From Phycisphaerae bacterium (GTDB lineage Bacteria > Planctomycetota > Phycisphaerae > SM23-33), in NCBI GenBank assembly GCA_046541875.1, contig JBKHCL010000002.1, forward strand, positions 3,811 through 67,810: 64,000 nt of DNA. The letters run 5' to 3'. The position numbers and the translations under genes are program-made. Positions within the stretch are counted from its first letter, which is position 1. Each line of letters opens with the position of its first letter. This document shows positions 18,812 to 27,013 of this stretch, one piece after another. The notes beneath the pieces are model-generated. The model ran no database searches and was not told the origin of the DNA. It worked only from the letters and a program-made list of their open reading frames with translations.

Positions 18812-19341
18812 GCCCCCGGAAACGGCAGAGAATCCTGGTGGGCATCATGCTGGCGATGCTCGCGGTGGCGGCGCTGTGGAGCCTGAGCTACCTGTTTGAG
18901 CAACGGGCCGACGCCGAACGCGCCGCCGGTGAGCTGTCGGCCTGCAGGGTGTTGGCCCGGCGGATGACCGCTCTGCGCGACAAGCCGGCCGTCGCCTCGG
19001 CCAAGGACGTGGGCGTCCGCGAGCTGGGCACACGGATCGACGCCGCCTCCGCCAAGGCGAGGCTGGGTCGCCAGGCGCTTCGCAGCGTGGACCCCGGTTC
19101 GCCCAGGGCGATGGACGACACGCCGTACCTGCTCAAACCCACTACGCTCGAACTGCAGGGCGTGACCCTCCCGCAATTGACGAGCTTCCTGTATCATCTG
19201 ACCAGCGAGCCCGGGCTGGTCGTGCGGGATCTGCGGATCCGAAACCCCCGCCGCGACAGCGAGGGGGCCGACTGGAACGCCGAGGCAACACTGACGTGGC
19301 TGATCTACTCGCCCCAGCGGGCGAAGGAGCTGAACCGGTGA
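18808..19341 (+). CDS. gspM: GspM-like type II secretion protein
   Basis: Start MSPRKRQRILVGIMLAMLAVAALWSL gives a bitopic protein of about 177 aa. Its start overlaps the gspL stop. Confidence 0.5.
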   Translation: MSPRKRQRILVGIMLAMLAVAALWSLSYLFEQRADAERAAGELSACRVLARRMTALRDKPAVASAKDVGVRELGTRIDAASAKARLGRQALRSVDPGSPRAMDDTPYLLKPTTLELQGVTLPQLTSFLYHLTSEPGLVVRDLRIRNPRRDSEGADWNAEATLTWLIYSPQRAKELNR

Positions 19342-19952
19342 AACGTCGTGCGAGGTACATCGCGATTCCGTTGGCGCTGATGGTGGCGCTGGCTGTCCTG
19401 GCTGTCGGTTGCAGCAACGACACCCGGCAGGTCCGGTCCAACTATCGGACCATCACCACCGAGCCCCTGCGCGACACGGACGCCGCCCGCGCCGCCAACC
19501 AGCGCGGTGTGGAGCATCTCCGTGACGGCGAACTGGACAAGGCCGAGGCCAAGTTCATCCGCGCCTGCGAGGAGGACGTCGAGTTCGGCCCGGCCCACAA
19601 CAACCTCGGCGAGGTGTATTACCGCCAGGACGACCTGTACAAGGCAGCTGTCGAGTTCGAGGCCGCCCGCAAGTTCATGTCCGATCACCCCGGTCCGCTG
19701 AATAACCTCGGGTTGGTCCACGAGCATGGCGGCGAGTACGGCCGCGCGATCGAGTACTATCGCAAGGCCATCGAACTCGACCGCGACAACATCGAGTACG
19801 CCGCGAACCTCGCCCGGGCCATGACCCGCCGAGGCGACCGCAGCGACGAACACCGCGACCTGCTGCGACGCATCCTCGCCGAGGACAAACGCCCGGAATG
19901 GCTGATGTGGGCCAAACGCGAGCTGGCCGAGAAGTACGGCCGATCGGAGTGA
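19338..19952 (+). CDS. TPR-repeat lipoprotein
   Basis: GTG start overlapping the gspM stop. Lipobox LAVGCSN and TPR-like repeats (AHNNLGEVYYRQDDLYKAAVEFEAA...). Confidence 0.55.
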   Translation: MKRRARYIAIPLALMVALAVLAVGCSNDTRQVRSNYRTITTEPLRDTDAARAANQRGVEHLRDGELDKAEAKFIRACEEDVEFGPAHNNLGEVYYRQDDLYKAAVEFEAARKFMSDHPGPLNNLGLVHEHGGEYGRAIEYYRKAIELDRDNIEYAANLARAMTRRGDRSDEHRDLLRRILAEDKRPEWLMWAKRELAEKYGRSE

Positions 19953-20004
19953 ACCCTGCCGGGCGGCTTGAGTTTGCCGGGCGAGGTGGGGCATAATCGG
20001 GGGC

Positions 20005-20628
20005 ATGAGCGATGAGCGACCCACACCGTATCGCTGGGTGGTCCGCCTGGCTGTCCTGGCCGGGGTGTGCTACCTCGCGTGGATGCTGATGGTCTGGTTC
20101 GGGCGGAACCTCACCGAGACCGACCGCGCCACCGAGGCCCGCAAGCACACCTGGTTGGTTCTCGTCGATGCCAATACCGCCCGATCCGACGCCACCGAAA
20201 TCGACGTGCGTCGGCCTCGCGGTGAGTCGCTGGCAAACGTCGCCGCCGCCCTGGAACCGCTCTGGGACGCCAACGAGCCCGGCCGGGTCCGCGTGGTACT
20301 CAAGGCCTGGCAGCAGGACCCCAACGCGATCCGTCACAGCGCTTGGGGGGAAGGGGTGAAAATGCTCGACGCGCTCTGCGCCCCGCCCGCCTGGAGCATT
20401 CAGCCCGCCGGCGGACAGCTGCGCGTGAGCGTCCCGGCCGATCCGAACGTGCCGGCCGTCGGTTACCCCGCCGACGTCTCGGGTCGATCGGCGTTGGCTG
20501 CGAGGGTCTACGATACCGTGCTGGAATCGCACCGGGCACTGGCGCCGAACTTCGCCCGAAACGCCCCGCAGGTGCCCAACCCCAAGAACCGCGAAATGGA
20601 CCGCATCCCCGAGCCCCTGAGCCCATGA
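20005..20628 (+). CDS. Hypothetical membrane-anchored protein
   Basis: N-terminal TM helix, no recognisable family, contains D-P-N/D-A-N motifs. Its stop overlaps the selB start. Confidence 0.45.
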   Translation: MSDERPTPYRWVVRLAVLAGVCYLAWMLMVWFGRNLTETDRATEARKHTWLVLVDANTARSDATEIDVRRPRGESLANVAAALEPLWDANEPGRVRVVLKAWQQDPNAIRHSAWGEGVKMLDALCAPPAWSIQPAGGQLRVSVPADPNVPAVGYPADVSGRSALAARVYDTVLESHRALAPNFARNAPQVPNPKNREMDRIPEPLSP

Positions 20629-22577
20629 GCGAGCGACGCAACATCATGCTCGGAACCGCCGGCCACGTCGACCACGGGAAAACGGCGCTGGTCAAGCTGC
20701 TCACCGGCTGTGAGACCGATCGGCTGGACGCCGAAAAGCAGCGGGGGCTCACCATCGAACTGGGGTTCGCCCCCTGCACCATGAGCGACCGCCGCATCGT
20801 GGGCATCGTGGACGTACCAGGGCACGTGGACTTCATCCGCAACATGGTCGCCGGGGCCCACGGCGTGGATGTGGTCATTTTCGTGATCGCCGCGGACGAT
20901 TCGGTCATGCCGCAGACCCGCGAGCACATGGACCTGCTGACCATCCTCGGCTGCGAGGCGGGACTGGTCGCCCTGACGAAGATCGACCTGATCGACGCTG
21001 AACTGCGCGAGATGCTCCTCTCCGAGGTGCGGAGCTTCACGGCCGAGACGTTCCTGGCGGACGCCCCGATCTGCCCGGTGAGCAACGTCACCGGGGAGGG
21101 ATTCGACGAGTTCTTCGCCGCCCTGAACCGTGTCGTTGACGCGGCGCAGCCTCGCGCGGGCGGCGGGCGATTCCGCCTGTGGTCGGAACGAAGTTTCAGC
21201 GTGAAGGGGTTCGGCACGGTCGCCACGGGAATCCCGTCGGCCGGCGAGGTCTGCCGGGGCGATACGCTGGAGGTCCTTCCCGCCGGGCGGACGGCGCGCG
21301 TCCGGTCGCTGGAGGTGTATGGCGAATCAAGCTCGGTTGGCAGAGGTGGCGAGTGCGTGGCGCTGAATCTTTCCGATATTGACGCCGACCACGTCGGACG
21401 CGGAACCGTGCTCTGCCGGAGCGGCGCCTGCCGCACCGTCACCATGTGCGAGGGCGAGCTGACGCTGCTGGACCGCCTGCCCAGTCCGCTGCCCGATAAC
21501 ACTGAGGTGCATCTCCACGTGGGCACCGCCGAGGTGATGGCGAAAGTGGCGATTCTCGACGGCGGAAAGCACCTCTCTCCCGGCGAGTCGCGCCTGGTTC
21601 AGCTGCGATTGCGCGACCCGCTACCCCTCGCCGCCGGCGACCGGTTCGCCATTCGTGGAACGCTGGCGGGCCTGGCCGGCGGACGCATGACCACGCTCGG
21701 CGGCGGGCGAGTGCTGGACGTCAGCGACATCAAGCTGCGGCGCAATCGGCCCTGGACCATCCAGAAACTCTCGGCCCGGCGCGACGCGCTGGACGACCCG
21801 GGCCGATGGACGGCACGAATCCTGCGCGAATCACCCGACCCGATCTCGCCTGATGAGTTGGCCCGGCGAGCGAACCTCCAGCCGACGGTGGTCGCTGAGA
21901 TACTCGCGGACCTCGTCGGCCGGGAGGAGGCGATCGAACTGGGCGGGCGGTTCCTGCACGCCGAGGCGGTGAGGGAGCTGGCCGAGAGTGTTATCGAGGT
22001 GCTTGGTGAGTTCCACGACGCCAACCCACTTCGGCAGGGGCTCGCGCCGGAGGAGTTGGCAAGCGGGCTGGGCGCATCGGACCAGACGCTGGCTGCGGCG
22101 CTGGATTGGCTGGGACGTCGAGGCCGACTGGAGAAGCGCGGGAATGTGCTCGCCCTGCAGGGTCACGCAGCCGCCCTGAGCGAGGCCGACATCGCCGTGT
22201 GCGAGCGGATTCGTGAAACGCTGAAGGCGTCCGGTGTCACCCCGCCGCTGCCGGCAGAGCTGGCCGACCAGGTGAACCTGGACGAGACGACGTTCGATAA
22301 GTTCGTTACGCTGTTGGCCGACAACGGCGATGTCCTTCGGCTGGATGAGAAAGTTCTGGTGCATCCCTCGGCCGTCGAGCGTGCCAAGGCCGTCGCGCTG
22401 GAACTGTTCCACGCCGCCAGCGGATTCACGACCACGGAGTTCCGCGACGCGTTGGGCGTCTCGCGCAAGTACGCCGTGCCGCTGCTGGACTACCTCGACA
22501 GCATCAAGTGGACGGTGCGGTCGGCCAACCGCCGCACGCCGGGGTCGGCTGCCCGGGAGAAGTTGCCCCGACACTGA
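20625..22577 (+). CDS. selB: Selenocysteine-specific elongation factor SelB
   Basis: GTP-binding G1 AGHVDHGKT, G3 DVPGH and NKID-like TKID. Multiple C-terminal winged-helix domains. Starts at Met95 of the track ORF. Confidence 0.88.
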   Translation: MSERRNIMLGTAGHVDHGKTALVKLLTGCETDRLDAEKQRGLTIELGFAPCTMSDRRIVGIVDVPGHVDFIRNMVAGAHGVDVVIFVIAADDSVMPQTREHMDLLTILGCEAGLVALTKIDLIDAELREMLLSEVRSFTAETFLADAPICPVSNVTGEGFDEFFAALNRVVDAAQPRAGGGRFRLWSERSFSVKGFGTVATGIPSAGEVCRGDTLEVLPAGRTARVRSLEVYGESSSVGRGGECVALNLSDIDADHVGRGTVLCRSGACRTVTMCEGELTLLDRLPSPLPDNTEVHLHVGTAEVMAKVAILDGGKHLSPGESRLVQLRLRDPLPLAAGDRFAIRGTLAGLAGGRMTTLGGGRVLDVSDIKLRRNRPWTIQKLSARRDALDDPGRWTARILRESPDPISPDELARRANLQPTVVAEILADLVGREEAIELGGRFLHAEAVRELAESVIEVLGEFHDANPLRQGLAPEELASGLGASDQTLAAALDWLGRRGRLEKRGNVLALQGHAAALSEADIAVCERIRETLKASGVTPPLPAELADQVNLDETTFDKFVTLLADNGDVLRLDEKVLVHPSAVERAKAVALELFHAASGFTTTEFRDALGVSRKYAVPLLDYLDSIKWTVRSANRRTPGSAAREKLPRH

Positions 22578-22615
22578 GAGCCTTCCCGCCCCATGGGCCC
22601 GACAGGAGAAACACC

Positions 22616-24280
22616 ATGCCGCAGAACGTAGACCTCGCCAAACGCCGACGCATCATGCAGCGATCGATGAAGCTCGGCCATTGCATCTGCGATCCGAAAC
22701 GACCGTGTCCGTGCAATGTCTTCACACAGGATGGCTACTGCCCCTGCGCCGGGGAACGACCCGACACCGCGCCGGCCGACAACGTGAAGCTCACCGAGTT
22801 GGTCCACAATGCCGGCTGTGCGAGCAAAATCGCGCCGGCGGACCTGGAGACCGTGCTCAAACGCCTCCCACCGGTATCCGACCCGGCTGTGCTTTGCGGC
22901 CTGCCCGCCGGGGACGACGCCGGCGTCTATCGCCTGCCCGACGGGACCTGCCTGGTGCAGACCGTCGACGTGATGACGCCGGTGGTCGACGACGCCGAGA
23001 CGTTCGGGCGGATCTGCGCGGCCAATTGCCTCTCGGACATTTACGCGATGGGCGGAACGCCGCTGACCGCGCTGAGCATTCTGGCGTTCCCCTCCGAGAC
23101 GCAGGACGGCGAGCTGATGTACCGCATGATGAAGGGCGCGATGGACGTGCTGGGCGAGGCGGGGGTGGCCCTGATCGGCGGGCACAGCGTGAAAGACGAG
23201 GAAATCAAGCTCGGGTTCGCGATCACCGGCACGATCGACGCCGAGGCGGCTGTCTCGCACGGCAGCGCGAAGGTGGGCGATGTGCTCGTGCTCACCAAAC
23301 CGCTCGGGGCCGGCGTGCTGAACTTCTGCCGCCAGATCGGGCGGAATGCTCCGGGGCTGGCCGAGGCGGAGGCGTCGATGGCTACGCTGAACCGCGACGC
23401 GGCGGAGGCGATGAACGCGGTGGGCGTCTCGGCGGCGACGGACGTGACGGGCTTCGGGCTTTACGGGCACCTGATCAGCATGGCGCGTCATTCGGGGGTG
23501 ACCGCACAGGTCTGGGCCGATCGGCTGGGGGCGTTTCCCGGGGCGATCGAGGCTTTGGAGGACGACGTGGTCCCCGGGGCGATCGAGCGGAATCGTGAGT
23601 TCGTAGCCGACGATATCGCCATCGCCTCCGACGTCGCAGCCGGTGCGGGATTGCTGGGCTTCGACGCCCAGACCTCCGGCGGATTGCTGATGGCTGTGCC
23701 CGAGGCGAAACTGGCGGACCTGCGCGAGCAGTTGCAGCGGCGGAATACCCCGGCGATGGTCATCGGAAAGGTGGTGGCCGAGTCCGATGGCAGGATCGTC
23801 GTGACGACGGCGAAGGAGGCGGTCGAGTCGGCTGGGCTCAGGGACATCGTGGATACACCCGGAGGTGAGCAGGGCCGGAAGGCGAGTTGCGGCGGCGCCC
23901 AATCCGGCGAGAGTTCCTGCTGCCCGGGGAGCGAACCCGACGAGGCGAGCGGCGCGTGCTGCTCGGCCGGCAGGGAGGCGGGTACGGCCGGCGACTCGCT
24001 CAAGGCGTTCGGCGCGCTGATGCGATCGGCAGGGGCCGGCGGTACGATCGACGAGACGGCCAAGGAACTGATCACCTTCGCGCTGGTGCTGCTGAGCAAG
24101 TGCGAACCGTGCTTCGAGGCCCATTGGGCGAAGGCGGCGAACATGGGCATCTCCCGGGAGCAACTGGACGAAGCCGCCTGGTGCGCCATCGCCATGGGCG
24201 GGGCGCCGGTGCGGATGTTCTACGAGCAGATGAAATCCCGGGTCGACGCCGACCACGTGCCGGGCAGGGGATGCTGCTGA
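22616..24280 (+). CDS. selD: Selenide, water dikinase SelD fused to N-terminal Cys-rich segment and C-terminal AhpD-like domain
   Basis: SelD core with HNAGCASKI active-site loop. Cys codon TGT, not TGA. The N-terminal 50 aa carry HCICDPKRPCPCNV...YCPC. The C-terminal 150 aa have SCC...CC plus CEPCFEAHW, an AhpD/CMD-like CxxC helix. Confidence 0.85.
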   Translation: MPQNVDLAKRRRIMQRSMKLGHCICDPKRPCPCNVFTQDGYCPCAGERPDTAPADNVKLTELVHNAGCASKIAPADLETVLKRLPPVSDPAVLCGLPAGDDAGVYRLPDGTCLVQTVDVMTPVVDDAETFGRICAANCLSDIYAMGGTPLTALSILAFPSETQDGELMYRMMKGAMDVLGEAGVALIGGHSVKDEEIKLGFAITGTIDAEAAVSHGSAKVGDVLVLTKPLGAGVLNFCRQIGRNAPGLAEAEASMATLNRDAAEAMNAVGVSAATDVTGFGLYGHLISMARHSGVTAQVWADRLGAFPGAIEALEDDVVPGAIERNREFVADDIAIASDVAAGAGLLGFDAQTSGGLLMAVPEAKLADLREQLQRRNTPAMVIGKVVAESDGRIVVTTAKEAVESAGLRDIVDTPGGEQGRKASCGGAQSGESSCCPGSEPDEASGACCSAGREAGTAGDSLKAFGALMRSAGAGGTIDETAKELITFALVLLSKCEPCFEAHWAKAANMGISREQLDEAAWCAIAMGGAPVRMFYEQMKSRVDADHVPGRGCC

Positions 24281-24334
24281 GGCCCGTACCATCAGAATTG
24301 CCTGGCAGTTTTTCAAGCTTTCGCGAATAGAGGG

Positions 24335-24362
24335 TTGACTTCTGATCGCCGGGGGATAGAGT
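24335..24362 (+). promoter_or_regulatory. Putative sigma70-like promoter for tRNA-Leu (TTGACT-N16-TAGAGT)
   Basis: Read directly, about 40 nt upstream of the tRNA 5' end. A short hairpin (atctcgc..gcgagat) lies in the leader. Confidence 0.25.
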
Positions 24363-24400
24363 GGGGAATCTCGCTTCGCGGCGAGATCGCCGAACAACCC

Positions 24401-24484
24401 GCGGCCGTGGCGGAATTGGCAGACGCGCAGGCTTCAGGTGCCTGTTCCCTTCGGGGAGTGAAGGTTCGACTCCTTTCGGCCGCA
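24401..24484 (+). tRNA. tRNA-Leu (anticodon CAG)
   Basis: Cloverleaf read by eye. Acceptor GCGGCCG/CGGCCGC, D-arm GCGGAATTGGCAGACGC (near-identical to E. coli tRNA-Leu), anticodon stem CAGGC/GCCTG with loop TTCAGGT, long variable arm TCCC-TTCG-GGGA, T-loop TTCGACT. Confidence 0.85.
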
Positions 24485-24611
24485 ATGAGAACACCGCCGA
24501 CTCTCCCGGGTCGGCATTTTTGTGCGCATCGGGCAGTATCCGGGGGCGTTGCCTTCAGGGCGTCTCCGTGATATGCTTCGCCCGCACAGACTGTCCTAAA
24601 GGAGTGATCGC

Positions 24612-25064
24612 ATGTCCCCCATGGGCGAATCGCTGAAGCGTCAATTCGGCCAGGCGTTCGACGTGCTGGAGGCGGCGGTTCGATTGCTGGATGACTCGCA
24701 GTGGCGGCAGGGCGGGTCGCCCTACGACGGACCGGCCCGGGGGACGCTGCACGCACTGCAGGCAGCCGAGTACTACACGCATGGCCGGAGCGAGGTGTTT
24801 CGCTGGCAAGGCAAGGGCGTGTGGGAAATGGACAGCCACGAGTTGCCCGACCAGCAGGAAATGCTGGATTACCTCGCGGCAGTGCGATCGATCAACGACG
24901 AATGGATCGCTTCGCTCGACCGGGGACCTCTTGCTGTCGGCGGAGAACAGGCCGGACAGGCGCTGGACCGGGCCGTCTACGCCGTTCGCCATCTCCAACA
25001 CCACACCGGCGAGGTCTGCGCCTGGATGAAGCAGTTCGGCCATCCGCAGGAAACGTGGGTCTGA
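24612..25064 (+). CDS. DinB/YfiT-like (DinB_2 superfamily) protein
   Basis: 150 aa, His-containing four-helix-bundle-like pattern. Weak family assignment. Confidence 0.45.
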   Translation: MSPMGESLKRQFGQAFDVLEAAVRLLDDSQWRQGGSPYDGPARGTLHALQAAEYYTHGRSEVFRWQGKGVWEMDSHELPDQQEMLDYLAAVRSINDEWIASLDRGPLAVGGEQAGQALDRAVYAVRHLQHHTGEVCAWMKQFGHPQETWV

Positions 25065-25242
25065 GCGGTCCGGCAGGCGAAGCGTGCAGCATCTATAAGA
25101 TTCATTTATCGCATCGGCGGGGGGCTCTCGACGTTGGACCTCAAAAGGGGTAGTAAGATAAAGGCGATTCGGCTACACTGGGGGCTGTTGGTCGATAAGA
25201 ACTCCTTGTAAGCCGGAGCCACTGCCCTTGCATACCGATGTG

Positions 25243-26115
25243 ATGAAGACCTTCTGCGACCTCGTGGACGCCGGGAGTTTCTCCAAGGCCGCCGAGATGA
25301 ATTTCATTTCGCAGTCGGCGGTTTCGCAGCAGTTGGCGAAGCTGGAGCGCGAGCTGTCGGTGCAGTTGATATCGCGGGGCGGCGGGTTGGTCGCTCCCAC
25401 CGAGGCCGGCCGGGCGTTTTATGACGGCTGCAAGGACATCATCCGCCGCCACGAGCAGCTTCTGGGCGAGGTGCGGGCCGCTGCCGACGCCGTTCGCGGC
25501 GTGCTGCGGGTGGGCACGATCTATTCGGTGGGCTTCTACCTGCTGGACCCGTACGTGCGCGAGTTTCTCCAGGCCCACGCGGAGGTCAACCTGCACGTGG
25601 AGTACACCCGCTGGAACCGCATCAACGCAGCCATCGTCTCCGGCGAGATGGACCTGGGAATCGTCGCCTGCCCCGAGAAGCAGCGATCCATCGAGATCCT
25701 CCCGCTGACCAGCGAAGAGATGGTTGCGGTCTTCGCGCCGGGCCATCCGCTGGCAGGGCGAGACTGCATTGGCGTCGAAGAGCTCGAAGGCGAGACGGTG
25801 GTGGCCTTCGAGGCGGGCATCCCGACGCGCGTGTTTATCGACAAGCTCCTCAGGAAGCACGGCGTGACGGTGAACATCGAGATGGAGTTCGACAACATCG
25901 AGCTGCTCAAGCGGGCCCTGGAGGTCGGCTCGGGGGTGGGCATCCTGCCGGTCGGGAACATCCAGCGGGAGGCCGACCGGGGCGACCTGGCGTTCGCACG
26001 CATCGACGGCGATGAGTGGCGACGCCCGATCGCGATACTCCGGCGCCGCGGGAAGGCGGCCAGTCCCGCCGAGCGCATGTTTCTCTCGGTGCTGCGCGAA
26101 GGGCACGAGGCGTAG
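25243..26115 (+). CDS. LysR-family transcriptional regulator
   Basis: N-terminal HTH (FSKAAEMNFISQSAVSQQLAKLE) and C-terminal substrate-binding domain. ATG at Met6 of the track ORF. Confidence 0.88.
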   Translation: MKTFCDLVDAGSFSKAAEMNFISQSAVSQQLAKLERELSVQLISRGGGLVAPTEAGRAFYDGCKDIIRRHEQLLGEVRAAADAVRGVLRVGTIYSVGFYLLDPYVREFLQAHAEVNLHVEYTRWNRINAAIVSGEMDLGIVACPEKQRSIEILPLTSEEMVAVFAPGHPLAGRDCIGVEELEGETVVAFEAGIPTRVFIDKLLRKHGVTVNIEMEFDNIELLKRALEVGSGVGILPVGNIQREADRGDLAFARIDGDEWRRPIAILRRRGKAASPAERMFLSVLREGHEA

Positions 26116-26194
26116 GCGGGGGCGCATAGAAAACCGCGCGTCGAGGAAGGTATGCACCCGCTCGACGCGCGGCCGATTCCGTCTCCGGCGGGCG

Positions 26195-26356
26195 TCAGTC
26201 GACCGGCGAGAACTCGCTCTTGTCGGCGCCGCACTCGGGGCAGACCCAGTCGTCGGGAATGTCCTCGAAGGCGGTTCCGGGTTCCACGCCATTGTCGGGG
26301 TCGCCCACGGCCGGGTCGTACTCCCAGCCGCACAGATCGCAAACGTACTTCTTCAT
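26195..26356 (-). CDS. Rubredoxin (53 aa; absent from the ORF track because it is under 60 aa)
   Basis: Minus-strand translation [53 protein letters not shown], with canonical CxxCG...CPxCG rubredoxin motifs. Coordinates verified against flanking track ORFs. Confidence 0.85.
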   Translation of the reverse strand: MKKYVCDLCGWEYDPAVGDPDNGVEPGTAFEDIPDDWVCPECGADKSEFSPVD

Positions 26357-26491
26357 GTTGGCACCTTTCTTTCGGTTGGAGTCAAAACGTCGTTGCTGCT
26401 GAATGTTGGTTACCGGGTCAGGCTGTAAAAGTCAACGCAGCCGTCGATCGTTGCACGCGTCAACACGGGCAGGATGCCCGGGCTGTGTCTC

Positions 26492-26998
26492 TCACGGCGT
26501 TTCCGGTGGTGTATCGGTGGTTTCTTCGGGCTGGATTCCCAGCAGCTCGACCAGATCGGCCGGCTCGATGCGGTATCGGCTGCCCCGGCCCTGGAAGAAG
26601 CCGTGCTCGCGCACCAGGTGCACCGAGAGAGGCGTGTATCGCTGAACGACCTCGCCGGTTTTGGGGTCGGTCAGCTCGACCTCGCCCTTACGGAAGACCT
26701 TGCCCCCCCAAGGGGACGGGATCTTTCCCATCGACTCGCGATAGGTCGCCACCAGCCCGCGCCCGCCGGCCGTCGTGACGGTCACGGGGGCGCCGAACGT
26801 GTTGACCGCCGCGCTGAGAATGCGTTCCATCTCGTCGGCGATCCGGTCTTTCGTGATACCGAGATGGTCCAGTTCGTGGGCGTCGTTCTCGATGATCTCG
26901 TGCAGTGTGCGGTGATCGTGTCCGAGAAAGCCCTCGCGGCAGAGAACGCCCGGGGCCATCCGTTTCATCAGTCGGTCTTCGTCGGGGAGTTTTTTCAT
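26492..26998 (-). CDS. Hypothetical conserved protein between nqrF and rubredoxin
   Basis: 168 aa, no TM. His/Glu-rich N-terminal half (HDHRTLHEIIENDAHELDH). No recognisable family. Confidence 0.5.
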   Translation of the reverse strand: MKKLPDEDRLMKRMAPGVLCREGFLGHDHRTLHEIIENDAHELDHLGITKDRIADEMERILSAAVNTFGAPVTVTTAGGRGLVATYRESMGKIPSPWGGKVFRKGEVELTDPKTGEVVQRYTPLSVHLVREHGFFQGRGSRYRIEPADLVELLGIQPEETTDTPPETP

Positions 26999-27013
26999 GC
27001 GGAGGCTCCGGGG

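Noticed and set aside
22815-22820. Selenocysteine (TGA) at the SelD active site.
   Set aside because: The codon in HNAGCASKI is TGT (Cys) and the reading frame is uninterrupted, so this is a Cys-type SelD.
24401-24484. Possible selC (tRNA-Sec) immediately downstream of selB-selD, because the anticodon region contains TCA.
   Set aside because: The cloverleaf has a 7-bp acceptor and 5-bp T stem (7/5), not 8/5. The 5-bp anticodon stem CAGGC/GCCTG places CAG, not TCA, at positions 34-36. The D-arm and anticodon arm are near-identical to E. coli tRNA-Leu(CAG). It is a class-II tRNA-Leu.
25064-25242. LysR-type T-N11-A box (ATAAGATTCATTTAT) upstream of the LysR gene.
   Set aside because: Only a near-palindrome. 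It lies on the same strand between co-directional genes rather than in a divergent promoter. Too weak to call as a feature.
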